Notes under the pieces: generated by a model
Database searches by the model: none
What the model was told of the DNA's origin: nothing
Seen by the model: the letters and a program-made list of their open reading frames with translations, nothing else
Shown: positions 49,912-62,951 of the stretch, one piece after another
Position numbering within the stretch: the stretch's first letter is position 1
Layout of the letters: the number at the start of each line of letters is the position of its first letter
Position numbers and translations under genes: made by a program
Origin: Zygnema circumcarinatum SAG 698-1b
Taxonomy: Eukaryota > Plantae > Zygnematophyceae
Direction: 5' to 3'
NCBI GenBank assembly: GCA_037447605.1
Contig: CM074805.1
Location: forward strand, 3,939,361 to 4,003,360
Length of the DNA: 64,000 nt

Positions 49912-50225
49912 GAGACATACCGTTGCAATCATTTTTTTGACAGTCCAATGTCGCGGGTCGGATTGCTGCCAGCTGGGGAGATTCTATGTTGCGAATCTGA
50001 CTGTTGAACAGAAGTTTGGAGCAGGAGCATGGACCGGGCCTCGTCATCCCGGGAGGATATGTTCAAACGTTGGATAAAGGCCATAGTTTGCCAAAGGTTG
50101 GCCCTTTCTCTCCTGCAGGCTACAGACGGAGGCAGGGCGCAGCAAGCAGCCCTCTGCGCGCTGCTCCGGTGCAGGCCAGTCCCGGAATAATTTGAAGAAT
50201 GAAGGAATTATAAGCTTGTATCGGC

Positions 50226-52453
50226 ATGCAGACAGGCGGGAAGAGGGAGGCCAAGTCTCTCTCGTCAGACGGCGAAGGCAGTTCTCCGCAGCAGTCAGAT
50301 GATGCGAATGTTCCGCAAGGAGGGGTTGACGATTTAGGCCTTCTGCAGCAGGCTAGCTCTGATGAGGACCAGTTTATGGTTGAAGAAGCGAGTTGTTTGC
50401 CGCAGGATGGCAGTCAGACAGCAGGTACAGAAGGGGATGCTCCACTCTCAGCAGGCGGACCTCCACAGTCCTCCAGCTCTCGAGCAAGTCATCCCTGGTC
50501 GCCTGCAGAAGATAAGCTTTTTGAGAACGCCCTGGCATTGCACCTCGAAGATGTCGATGACAGGAAATGGGAGAAGATTGCAGCACAGGTCCCAGGGAGG
50601 TCGGTGGAGGAAATACGGCAGCACTACGAATTGCTAGTGGAGGACATCACTAACATAGAATTTGGCAGAGTCCAGCCTGCAATGTATGCATTAAACGGCG
50701 GGGCAACGACTCCAATGCAGTTGGAGAATGGAGTTGACTCGGGAGGCTCGTTAGACATGACCATGGGAGGCAGTCCAGGCGGGAAAAGGAATGGAGGGAC
50801 GGTAAGCAGTAAGCAGCAGTCACAGCAAGGGGGCCAGCAGACTTCCTCTGCGCAATCAGGGAAGGGTTCAGAGCAGGAAAGGAGAAAGGGCATTCCATGG
50901 ACAGAGGAGGAACACAGGTCAGTCTCCTGTCCCTATCCTGACTGCAGTCTCTCTTCTCAACTGCTGGAGCCATCTCATTTTGCAGGATGCCCTTCTCCTA
51001 AGCATTTGCCAGTGGTAGTCACATGAGATATCTGAACAAGCAGGACTGTACAAATTCATTTTACCCGCCAAAATGATGTGACTAACAAGAGATTCCTGGC
51101 TATAGTCATGACAAGCATCAGAATAAGGGGTAGAAGATTCCTGACAGCACCATATCTCTGCGTGCATTCAAATAGTCCACGAATTGGGATCCCTGTAGAA
51201 TGCTCAAAACATGCCTTTGTTTTGACCCGAAGTGTGATGTTAGAGACCTGTAATCGCATTAGGGTCAAGTCTTCCAAGCACTTCAGTAATTAGTGGCTTT
51301 ATCACAACTCTGACATTTGTTGCGCAGTGGATGGACCATTCTTGTTTGCAATGTTTACCGTGCATCGGTGCAGATGGTGTAGAAATTTGGTATCAACTCT
51401 GCTGCTTATCTATACACATAGTATTATGAACGGCTTTTTTATTACATATGACATGAGTATTGCTCATAGGAGTTGTGGAAACCAGTACGAAGCACCAGTT
51501 TGTCAAAACTCTCTTCGAAAGGCTTTCCCTTATGTTGCTGCTTTCAACCTTCACATTTGACGAGGCTTTTAGTGAAAGCATGCCATCGCATGAATGCCAC
51601 AGCTTTCGAACTAAAGAAGCACGATGCCTTTGTGGACAGAGCTTGTCAGTTTACCAGATTATGCATTATTAGATATGTCCATCCTACTTTCTGGGCATAC
51701 ATCGCTGAAATTGGACTACCTGGTGATCTGGGTGATCTGTTTTGAAGACTGGTGTCTGTGTTGATCTGGACTGTCCGCACTCGGCTGTTTACTTGCATAG
51801 CTTGACTGGGTACCTTCAAAGGATACTAGAGCGAGTGCATTCTTTTTTGTATGGCGAACGCCATCATTCCTTCAATATGCTTCTACAATCTGCATCTTGA
51901 GTAATTGTTAGCTGTGAAAACTGGGCTAGTCTGATGCAAGAAAGGAGGCATGCAAAAGTAACGACGATCTCACAGCTATACATACTGCTGTTGCAGGCTA
52001 TTCTTATTAGGGCTCGCCAAGTTTGGCAAAGGCGACTGGCGGAGTATTTCCCGGAACTTTGTCATTTCGCGAACACCCACCCAAGTGGCCAGCCATGCAC
52101 AGAAGTACTTCATCCGCTTGAATTCTATTAACAAAGATAAGCGTCGCACCAGCATTCACGATATCACGAGTGTCAACAATGGTGACTCCGTCCAACAGGC
52201 ATCAGGACCAATTACAGGCCAGCCAGCAGTTGTACCACAAGCCATACCTCAACCTCCTCCCGGCCACCCTGCAAGCATGTATGGGCCCCCAGTGGCGGCC
52301 TCCATGGCTCATGTGCATCCCATGATGAGCATGGGTCCCCCTTCAGGCCACATGAGCTATGGCCCACGAGCGCACATGGGGCAGCCGGTGATGGGGAGCC
52401 CCGGATTCCCCATGTCCAACATGGGATACGTACCACAAGCCATGCATCACTAA
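50226..52453 (+). CDS. DIV: DIVARICATA-type two-repeat MYB/SANT transcription factor; exons 50226-50918 and about 51996-52453
   Basis: [14 protein letters not shown]...[37 protein letters not shown]|[39 protein letters not shown]. Confidence 0.95.
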
Positions 52454-53409
52454 GAATGATGTAGGGGAAGTGCAGTTATGTCGCAGTGCTGATTAGGTTT
52501 TGGCTTTCTGTGGGACTGGCAGATGCTTAGCTGCAGTAGGACAATTTATTGTGTCACGAGCATTTTATTGGATTAGGTCTCGTCCTCCTCGTCTCCCCGC
52601 CGCTTCAGGGAGGCAGGGCGGCTTGATTGGCTCCAAAGTGAGGGGATTCCGTAGGACTAAGGCTACAAATAAGCATTGACCGCGTTACGACTACTTATTG
52701 GCTTGGAGCTTCAGAGGCGTCATTCTCCATGGGAAGGTGGTGTAGGTAGGGCCGAGAGACCGATAGAGAGCGCCAGAGGTAGAGCAGAGGCAGAGGCAGA
52801 GGCAGTGGCAGAGGCAGGCCCTGCTACAGGCTTGAAGGTTGCTGAACAGCAAATTATTTTTTCCTCTTGTAGAGTATGAGACCTGTATCAATGGATGCCT
52901 TACTTGGGCCAGATGCCGCCTTGTAGGAACTGCAGCCAAGGAGCCCTACTTCTTCCATGAGCCGGTTTTGGGTTTGTTTGATCTGTGTATATGTATGTCT
53001 CAGAAGTTTCTGCTTATTTCTTGGATGTGCGGTCTATGTTTGTGCTGCAGTAGATCCTGGGGAAGTGTTAGTGTGCATGTGGCCAGTTCAGATTTGGGTT
53101 GAATGCAGAACTGAACTACGAGTGTGTTCACACGGGACAAGCGAGGACATGGAAACAGCTATGCTTCAATCCCAGAGTTCAGCATCCATCAATCGAAACG
53201 AGACCCACCCAGACAGGACTAAACCCTCAAAAGAAAAAGTGAAGCCAAGAGCTGAATCACAGTCACAGCATATTCTGATGCTGTCACTGCTGCAACCATC
53301 TGTTCTGAAGTTGATTTAAGGCTTTACCAAAATAAGGACTTTTAGGAAAAGAATAGTAGTCGCTTGTCATCTGGCTTTACTAAACTGTAAGACAGGCCAC
53401 GAGCATACA

Positions 53410-53780
53410 TCGCATAGCCCATGCCCCGCATGCATGCATGTCCCCATGAGCCCCATGTATGCATGCTGGGATGACCCCCTATGCATGCTGTGGTGACCCC
53501 CAAGCATGCATGTTGCCGTGATCCCCATGCATGCATGCCTCGTGACTTCCATGCACTGATGTCCCCACGACCCTCATGCATACATGCCCGCATGACCCAT
53601 GCACCTATGATCCCCACACATACCATGTCCCCATGATACATTCATTTCCGACGCCCCTGCATGCATGTCCCCATGACCCCCCACGCATCCATTCCCCAAA
53701 CATCCCCAAGCCTCGCATGCCCCCCACGACCCCTTAAGCATTATGCTGCCCATGACTCCCTCCCTCCCGTGCATGCATCG
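53410..53780. repeat. Degenerate minisatellite rich in RY motifs (CATGCATG) alternating with GA(C/T)CCCC
   Basis: Ten CATGCA hexamers counted; unit of about 20-25 nt; lies between the convergent 3' ends of DIV and MMT. Confidence 0.8.
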
Positions 53781-54370
53781 GTGAAACACGTCGTGAACCG
53801 TGTGGAATACAGCTTACGCTTTCGCGGAAAAATAAGCTTAGAGTCACATAAACAGTTAAACCTAATCAGATGCCACTATGTCACCTGCTGTCAACGAGGC
53901 CGCTATACCTCCTATCCCTCAAAACTTGGTCAAATCTGCAGCAGCTCAAGGACAGCATCTCTCGAGCCCAACGGGCCTTCGCTGAGCTGCTTATCAACTA
54001 ATTCTTGGCAGGACATCTTGTGACTCAGTGTCACAGCTCACTTTTGAATCGATTCAAAATGTTCGAGGCAATAGTGAAAACCCGCGTGGCACGAAGGGGT
54101 TAGCAGAAACTGCGTCCCAGCTGCCTCTGTCAACTTTACACTCGCTTACAAACCTGCCTGAAATGAAGCCGCGATCGTTTCTAATCCTAAGAGAGCACCA
54201 ACAACCTGAACAGGTTACGCCGCAAGGCAAGACCTCCGTTCCCATCGCATTCTTCATCTCAGGACGTACTACTAGGAGGTGAGCTCGGGGAGTTGCCACT
54301 CCCCTTTCCTCGTAACAGGCAAAACAACTTCAGTAGTGGTGGCTCGCTTAGAAGGAGCAGAGAGTTGACT

Positions 54371-57300
54371 TCAAGTGCCCTCACTCGAGGCGAGGAAAAG
54401 CTTGTAAAATTCCTCCAGCCTTACCAGCACCTCTTCAAATTCCGCTTGCTCGAGAGAGATCACAAAGCGACAGTAACCGGGTACGGAGGTCCAAGAGCTG
54501 CAGTTCACCGCGATTCCAACAGAACAATAGAGAGCATCGTGGATGCTCTCTGAGTTCAGCACAACGGTCTTCAGTTCCGCTGAACTGTTTCCTTTCTCAT
54601 CGCTGCTTTCAGGAAGCCTATATGTAAACGACCTCCCTTCAAAAGCAACCGGTCGAGCAAGTAAGAAGAGTCCAGCTGAGGGCAGAAGTGGTTCCCAGCC
54701 ATTTCGGGATAGAACCTGCAACAATGATACTCTTGTCAGCGTGGAGTAGACACTGTAAACATAAAAGTACTGATATCAGGTGCTCACATTAAAGGTGGGC
54801 TGTGCTCCTTTCAGCTAGCTGCACATACCTCCGCGAGGACCACTGCTCGTTGTTGAAGTGTTTTTCGCCGAGCTGAGAGTGCCTCTCGCAGGGGATTATC
54901 ATCCTGCAGAATGCAAATAACGGCCAATTCAAAGACTACTCACCTCCTTCAAATTCAAATGCAGGGTTGAGTAGATTGATATCCTCTGCAGCCCGTTTCT
55001 CATAGAGACTTGCCTGGTTGAGAAGTGTTAGAAGCTTCTTTGCAGTGTAACGTGTTGTGAGATGCGGCTTGCTGCCGGGTGCCATCTGTTGCAGTACTTC
55101 CAAGAAGTATGAATCACCAATAACGGCAAAGCCGAAACCGAGCCCCCCTGCAGAGAGCTGGTAGAGAGGCCAAAAGGACAGACTTGCGTCAGGATTGGCG
55201 GAGCAGCAAGTGGTTCAGAAAGAGTGCAGAAAAGTCCATGCAGGAAGTACAGGTGGTTATGAAGTGCAGAAAGTAAATCTACCCACCTCTTTAGAAATAT
55301 CCCCCAGAATAGCCAACGCATAGTTCGACCGGATGCCTTCTGTGAAGTATTTTCCCAAGTCAAGCTTCTCCAGATTTCCTTCAAACTCCAAACCTGTGTA
55401 GGAGGTTTCTAAAACAACGCGAACTCCGTTTTGTACACATACATCCAGGAGCAGCGAAAGCTCAGATGTGGAATAAAGGGCCCCGGAAGGGTTGACTACT
55501 GGTGCAGATAGCATCAGCCATGGGCGAGATATGCCCTTTAGCGCTGCTGCAAGCTGAAAAAAGTAAACCAAACTTGAAAGAAATTCAGCAGGTTGAGAGC
55601 CCTTAGGGCTTTCAGGAATGTTCACCCATTTGAGTTTCGCATTGCGTCGCAGAGACAGCTCTGAACTGGAACACGAACGATAAATTGTACACGAAAGGAT
55701 AAAAAGCAAGGAGGCATAAACGGGATACAGAAGCGAACAGCTCCATTGGGATGTGAAGAGTGAAATCTTCGCTGCCACTTCTAGGGGAGTTGGTTTGCAG
55801 CATACCTGAGATGGAGTCAGCTTGAAGTTATCCTTCACCTCTGTTGTGATCGTGCAAGTCTTTGCCCCAAAGTAGTGAGCAGTAGCTACAAATGCTCCAC
55901 TGAAAGCCACCGGATGGAGGAGAGTTCCTCCCTCTTCAGAGCATGCTGCCATGAGACGTGACAAGAGGGAGGCGGAGCCATCACTCACAAACACCTCCTT
56001 CACACTCTTCCCTACAATGCCAAAACGATTTGACACGAGCTGTGCCAGCAAACCCCACATGAAAGGGGTTAGTGGAAGAAAGTAGAGGAAACAAAATAAG
56101 AGGTCAAAGAACAACATTGGACGAATCAGATCATTTTCAAAATGGGTTGCTGCAAATGAGGATGAGTTTTGCTAGACGGGCTAAGGACAAGACCGTTCTC
56201 CATGACAATTCTTAGGATTGAGGGTAAATAGAAAACCAAAGGTGTGCCATTTGTAGAGACTTCTTTCAGAAATTTCTTGAATTATCCGAGGCTTTCCTCA
56301 CCTGGGAGAGTTCGGGTCGTGGATCCATTTCAATGTCTGAAATGTTCTGTCTGCCAAAACCCTCAAAGAGATACTGCTTCACGGCTGCAGGAGTAGGCAA
56401 AGCATTTTCGCCACAGTCCATGAAAACTACGTCTCGTTCATTTATGAAGGGCTGGCGGGTTGTTGAAATTGCGGGATGATCGAATGCAGCCCTAATGCAA
56501 GCTGTAGGGCCCACAAATCGTTCAGCAAAGGCAGCATCCTCTTCAACCGGAGTCCTCTGCACGAAAATGAAAACGAAAACTCCTCTTCACACTTCACTCA
56601 GCATGCACTCGACACAATGATGATGCAATCAGCTTAATAACACATAGAGACTCTGGGTGGACAGACAGCAGCTGTCCTGGAATGACAAATACGTAATAGG
56701 AAGGCTAATCCCTTTAACCTGCACATTTCCAAGGCAATTTTACTGCCTTTCTGCCAAACGGAGCTGGCCAGCAGGTTGCCAGCTTTCCAGAGGTCGAATC
56801 ATATGCAAAGAGGGCTGAAAGGGAGTCATTACTGTTGCGAGAGTGTGCTTTTCCGGGATCTGAAAGCTAAGCAGCTCATTAAAGAGGCACCCATAGTAAA
56901 GCTGCGGCATGGAAGGTGCGCGAGTGTAGGTCAGCTCTCCCGCATTGGCAATGGCCTGCAGTAGTGTTCGACTTTCTGATAGCACGAAACCCACTTCGAG
57001 GTCAGTGTAGACCTGGAATCACCCCTCTCCACCCATCGCAAACACACCCATCAGAATTCATTCGTACGGCGTGGTTGGGTAACCTTCGACCTTCCACTCG
57101 ACTCTTGTCAATATCTCACAAAGGAACCCCTTTGCTGCAGAGAATGGCCGGCGAAACAGCAACTGTGAAGAGTGAGATTACTAGAAAGCACTTCAGACCT
57201 TACCTGATTTTTCACTAGGCCACATATTATTGCAGCGTGTGGGGGCAGAGCATGCTCTGCCAAATACTGCAGCACGCCATTGGTAGGCGGCCTGCTAGAT

Positions 57301-60300
57301 AATTCCAAATGCTCAGAAATGTCTACAAAGAGCCGTGCTCCAATCTCCGCCGACATCTCTAGGAGCTGCTGGAAGGCCATAGTCGCTCTCATCTCAAAAT
57401 CCGGCAGACTCACTATGATGACCTGCGGCTTTAAGGAGCGGCCAAGTTGCAGGACCAGGTCTGTGCGGGGGGGTGCTTCCAGGACGACAAGGGGGGCCTG
57501 GGGAAGGAGATAAGGAGAGAGAGAGAGGGAGAGAGACAGAGAGAGGACTTTAAGTTTAGGTTAGGAAAGGAGAATCTATGAGGTAAGGTCCAATAATAGA
57601 GAGGTTGGGGATCGCGGGAGGTACGGCCTGGGTAATTGAGAAAGAGTGGTGTCTGAGTATATGCTGGCAGGTAAAGCAGAGAAGGTTTACCTCTGATGGC
57701 ATAGAGGAGACCCAATGGCGAGGTAGAGAGCGAGTGAGTGACGTTTCTACAAGCGCCAATTTCGGAGAGTAGAGGCGCAGAATGGCCTCTATCGCCACTG
57801 CTCGGGACGGGACAACTAGCAAGTTCTGCACTTCAATAAATGCCACAAAGATCACTATTTATAAAGTTTCAGGGACTCATATTTTGCATTTTCTGCACTA
57901 AAAACCTGCCAAAAGTAGAGGGAAGAAGCAGAGCGAAAGAACTGCACCTGTACTGAAAGAGGGATCCGAAAGTAGAGGCGGAAGAAGGAGGCGATAAGGC
58001 TTCTAAGCCGCTCATTTCCTGCCGGGGGCTCGCAGGAAAAGTGGGCTTTTGCTTGAAGGGTGTGGGCAAGGTAAGCCAGGAATGCAATCTTCTCGTCTTC
58101 TACTGCCTGACTGCTGAAGGAGAGGTCGAGCGCACTGCGAGTAGCATCATGTCCCGGCGCCGAAAGAAACCGGAAGATGTTCTTTACCTGTGCAGCAATT
58201 TAGCAACAAAACGCACCCCATTGAGGAGCATGTCATTCACGGCTATCTCCTTCATTGGTTCAATAAAAAAAAATGGTCCCGAGGAATGTGAGAGACTCTC
58301 ACATGCGTGGGCTGCTGCAAGCGGCACTCGTACACAGCCAAACCATGAGCTATCGCTCCTCCTGCCTTGCTATAAGCATAGGCTGTGCGTGCACTGATGG
58401 GCTCCTCCTGCCCAGGTCCCATATAGAACTCGAATCTATGGCGGCTGCTTCTCTCTATCTCCACAAGTGCCTGAATGTCTGTGTCTGCTGCCTGCCAGCT
58501 TCAGCAGCCACCCCTCAATTGCAGCCCCACTTGATATCCGTTTTGCTTTGAAGGTATCAAAAAGTCATCCCCTCAAAGATTCGACTACAAACGAGTCCAT
58601 CCGACAAGAAGTCCTTCGCATTCTTTAGGTTTTCAAAGTTAACTATAAGGGTTTCGGCTCTAAACAACTCTGAACGCATGCTCGAGAGTTCAGTTTCTGG
58701 TCATAGAGGCTTCGCTGTTGGTCGTAGCAACATCGTGGGTTTCTCTATGTTTTGAACATGTGTGAGAGTGCACAGTGCATTTCACACACAGGTATTACTT
58801 AGATGAGGGCAAAAAATAAATTTGAAACATCTTCAGACAAATTTGGATTTGAGAGCTAAATGGCAATGAAAGAGTTTTAGAATTAGGATGCGAGTAGCGT
58901 TTTGCGTAGGAAAAACTCAAGCGGGATTCATAAGTGTATCGCTAAAAAGGTGCAAAATTGCAAGTGCAAGGCCGAGTGGGGAGTTCTTGGGCAGCTGAAA
59001 AAACCTCGGAGCACCAAAAGGACTAGAGAATGTTGTCTCCATCCATTCAAATATGGGAACGGTGACCAATCGACACAAAGGTTATGAGAATTTCGTATGC
59101 ATCCTTTATATGGGTATGTTTCTCAGAAAGCGCAATTTTCAAACACTTTGACCCGCCACAACTCACCTGGTTCACCCTTGTCTGCCACAGCATTTTTATA
59201 TGAAATCCGCGACGTTTAAAAAGCCGCTCACAAACTGCCTGTCCAGGTCGGCCTCCCATATTGAGGATGATAGCTCCTGAAGGTTTTACAACTTCAATGG
59301 CTTCTTCTACCGCTCTTGCAATGAGCCCAAGTCCAAACTGATCCTCCACAAACCCCTGTAATACTCCGATTCACACCAAACCATGGATTCAGAAAAGGAT
59401 ATCGGGTTTTACTCGTGCCATGTTCTCGCTGCTACTTCACGACCATAATCCCGGTGAAGGAAAGCGAAAAATACCTGTAGACCGCAATAGTTGCTGAGGG
59501 CGTAAAGGAATTCTTCGCTCATTGTCTCGGAAACAATTTTAAGAGTCACCTTTGGATCTGGACTTAGTACCTGCGGCAGGGAACATCCAAGGAATACCTC
59601 TGCAAATGTTTTCAGAAGTTGTTAACTACAGAAAAAAAACTTTACTTCTCACCCAGAATGGCATTCCCCGCAATATAGTTGAGCGAGGAATACCTGAGGT
59701 ATACAGCCGACGACTCGGTCCAAAGGTATCTTTTTCTCTCGAATGAATTCGAGAAGGTCGGAGACATAGAACTCCACTCTATCAAGCAGGGTTTTTCCTT
59801 CCCCATCCACTATCGGCGTTCCGTCGGGGTTGAGAGCATTGAGGTACAAATTGATCCAGGCAACCTTGATAGCTCGTGGATTAATATCCAGTCCATACAC
59901 CTGCACCTCAATTCTAAGACTGTAAGGTCTAGCTCGGCCCACAAGCAGAGACTTCTGCATTGCTCCGAAACTCCGAACTGCCTTTTCCGACCTAAAGCTT
60001 ATGATAAAAACACTCCAATAGTCAACTCTTCGACTTCATTGTCACCTCCCGGAGGAGAAAGGAAAGCGATCACACCTTTCGAGGGCTCCACCTGTCCGCC
60101 ATAGCAATGGAAACCCAGCCATTCCCACAGCCAAGCTCTGCCATATCGCGATCTTGGAATCCTGTGTCAGGAAGGCGGCACAGCCCCTCATAGAAGGTGA
60201 ACGACCAGTCCTCAGGGATAAATATGCTTGACATTTCCAGCAGAGTTAAGCTCTGGCGACGATGCTGGCCGTTCCCTCCAGTGCTGTCATCTGCAGGAGA

Positions 60301-60815
60301 ACAAATAAACGTAATAATTGTACCGGGGGTTCAGTTATCGTTATCAAGAAAGCGTCTTGTATCCCAAAACGAGATAGAAGCTTAGTGGAGAAAATGGGAA
60401 AGGAGTTCGTACCTCCACCATCACCGAGTGGAAGCTCATGAATGTTGAAGTTGTATTTGGCCACAGCCTCACTGTCATCACAGTCGCTCTTCACAAACTG
60501 CTCCACAGCAGCAAGGAACCTGCACTTCGCACAGCTCAACATTCATCAGACTGTGGTATCCTGCAATACGTGTTGAGCATTTTGCATACAGAAATGACGT
60601 CTGTCCCACATTTCATTCTGGAACCTGATGAGAATTCTTTTGACACAATCAACTGCTTTTCTTGCTCTTAGAGTTATCTGTTAGAAAAAAAACACCCAAT
60701 CATTACACTAGAGCTTGAAAATCCGCTGGTATTGTTGCGAGCAGATAAGATAGTCAAAGGAACGAGAAGCTTCTCTACAGGAAGCAACGGAAGCGAGGGA
60801 GTGAGAGAGAAAGGG

Positions 60816-60848
<33 letters not shown>

Positions 60849-61652
60849 GTGAGAGAAACGAGGCAAGGGAAGCAGTCAATGCCTGCGAGCTGCAGATCTT
60901 GTAGAGGGATTTTCCAGTTTCTCCAGCAGACCTTTGAATTCGGCATACGCCTGCACAGGAGAAGAGCATGCTGTAAAATGTGAAGGTCAAGAAAAACTTA
61001 TAGAGTTTCAACTGATTTTGTTGATGCGACGGCACAGTTTGCTGAAGCACTAACTACAAGCGAGAGAACAGCCATGTATGAGACTTCGTTCGAAACGAGA
61101 GAGGCATCATGGCTGCATATGGAGAGACTTCCATAGGACAGGTGAACAAGCACGGACAGTTGAGCTATACGTTGAAGACGACATTAACCTTCAACTTCTA
61201 CTCTTGCATGCATTTAGTACATCAGTAAGGGTGATTCGGTTTCTATTAGTCCATCTAAGAATAAGCATTATTCTGCTTTAACTGCTGTATTTGAATCCTG
61301 GCAAGGCTTCGAGTGGCGTTAGAAGGTCCAAAAGGTAGATCATCCCTCAAAAAAAATCCCTCCGAAACAGCACTTGCTTCTGCTGTCCAAGCAGCATTTG
61401 ACAGGATCCCTGACTGCTATGCAGGCTATACTTGATGGAAGCGGCAAGAAGTTCAACACTGACAGCACAATGACAGTTGTCAAAAGTTAGATACAGTCGC
61501 GACTGTAATACAGGGCGGCGGAGAAGCAAGTAAGATGGGTGCCAGAAATACGCGGGCCGGAGGAAGAAGCAACGAGGGAGTACCGCGTTCCCAGACTGCT
61601 TGCAGGTGTTCAGGAAGGCGTGCAGCTGCTCCTGCACCTCCTCCCCCGCCAT
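54371..61652 (-). CDS. MMT: Methionine S-methyltransferase (SAM-MTase domain fused to an aminotransferase-like domain), multi-exon
   Basis: MAGEEVQEQLHAFLNTCKQSG, EDWSFTFYEG, AELGCGNGWVSIA, YGLDINPRA, VEDQFGLGLIARAVEE, NMGGRPGQ, PSRAVAIE, AIICGLVKNQ, NCSSWTSVPGYCRF. Confidence 0.96.
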
Positions 61653-61703
61653 CAGCGCAGACGCGGAGGAGTTCCGGGAGGAGCAGGCCGGAAGAAATGC
61701 AAA

Positions 61704-61983
<280 letters not shown>

Positions 61984-62289
61984 GCGAGAGCGCGCGAGAG
62001 ATGAGCCAAAAGCAGAACAGAGCTGATGAGAGAGAGCGAAAGCGACAAACGATTCTCCGCCGGCCAGCGAATGAAGGCGGATGCGGTACGGATGAGGCGG
62101 CGGTTACATGGGATATGTTTGCCGTTGCGTGCAGGAACGACGATTACCGTAACTATGTCAAAGAAACGGTTCTTTTCTGGGCCCTTCAGCCAGTCATGGT
62201 GCGCCACGTGACGAGCGCACAACGGTGTTGAAAGCGACCAGGTAGAAAAGGGAAGGTGCCAGCGGCACCCGTAAGGATTATGGATTTTG

Positions 62290-62951
62290 TGCATACGTGG
62301 CGATCTGTGATTTGATGAGGTTATAGTTAATAGCTTACCGTACGGCTGGATCGCGCCCATGACCGCCGCGTCCAGTAAAGATACCGTACGGCCGAGATAC
62401 CGTACGGAGGGACCTCGTTTAATCCGGTGGCGATTCGTACGGCACGGAAGTGGTGAGCAGCAGTTTTAAGCTCCGTGTGAACAGCCATTCGAGGGAAGTG
62501 TGAACGCATTTGCGATGGATGACGACACCGTTGACATACCTACCGTTGACTGGCTTCTGCCTACGTGACGAATATATCCGTCGCAATTTTCTTCTGTCTT
62601 GCGGACGTGGCATGACGTGGACGGGCGATGCCCAATGGGAAGCCTCTGCGCAAGGTCCGCTCCAAACGGAAACTTTCTGCGCCCACCACGTCGGATGATG
62701 ACTGGACCTCGGCACGGCCGTACGGATACTTCTCATATTCATTGACCCGTGCAGAATATGTGCGTACGTGGCAACCACGTGGCGATTTTTATGCCGTTGC
62801 CGGCGGCGGTTCCGGCGTAGGTCCGCGCGTGACGTGACGCCGCACGGCGGCCGGAGAAGCGCGATGGGCGGTCCCCACACGTGCGAAGGCGCCAGGCGGG
62901 GGGACTAATTTTAGGGTTTTTTCGCTATGGCGGGAAGAGGCGGCGTATAAA
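62290..62951. promoter_or_regulatory. Divergent promoter region: ACGTGGC x4, TACCGTACGG x3, plus-strand TATAAA at 62946
   Basis: ACGTGGC at about 62295, 62605, 62766 and 62777; TACCGTACGG at 62336, 62382 and 62398. Confidence 0.6.

Noticed and set aside
53342-53789. His/Met/Gly/Cys-rich ORFs resembling metal-binding peptides
   Set aside because: They are translations of the CATG-rich minisatellite.
59395-59402. ATATCCTT on the minus strand in MMT (AT-AC donor consensus)
   Set aside because: It lies inside an ordinary GT-AG intron whose flanking exons already join in frame.
60603-60613. Second USE-like sequence GTCCCACATTT
   Set aside because: Two mismatches and no TATA at the expected distance.
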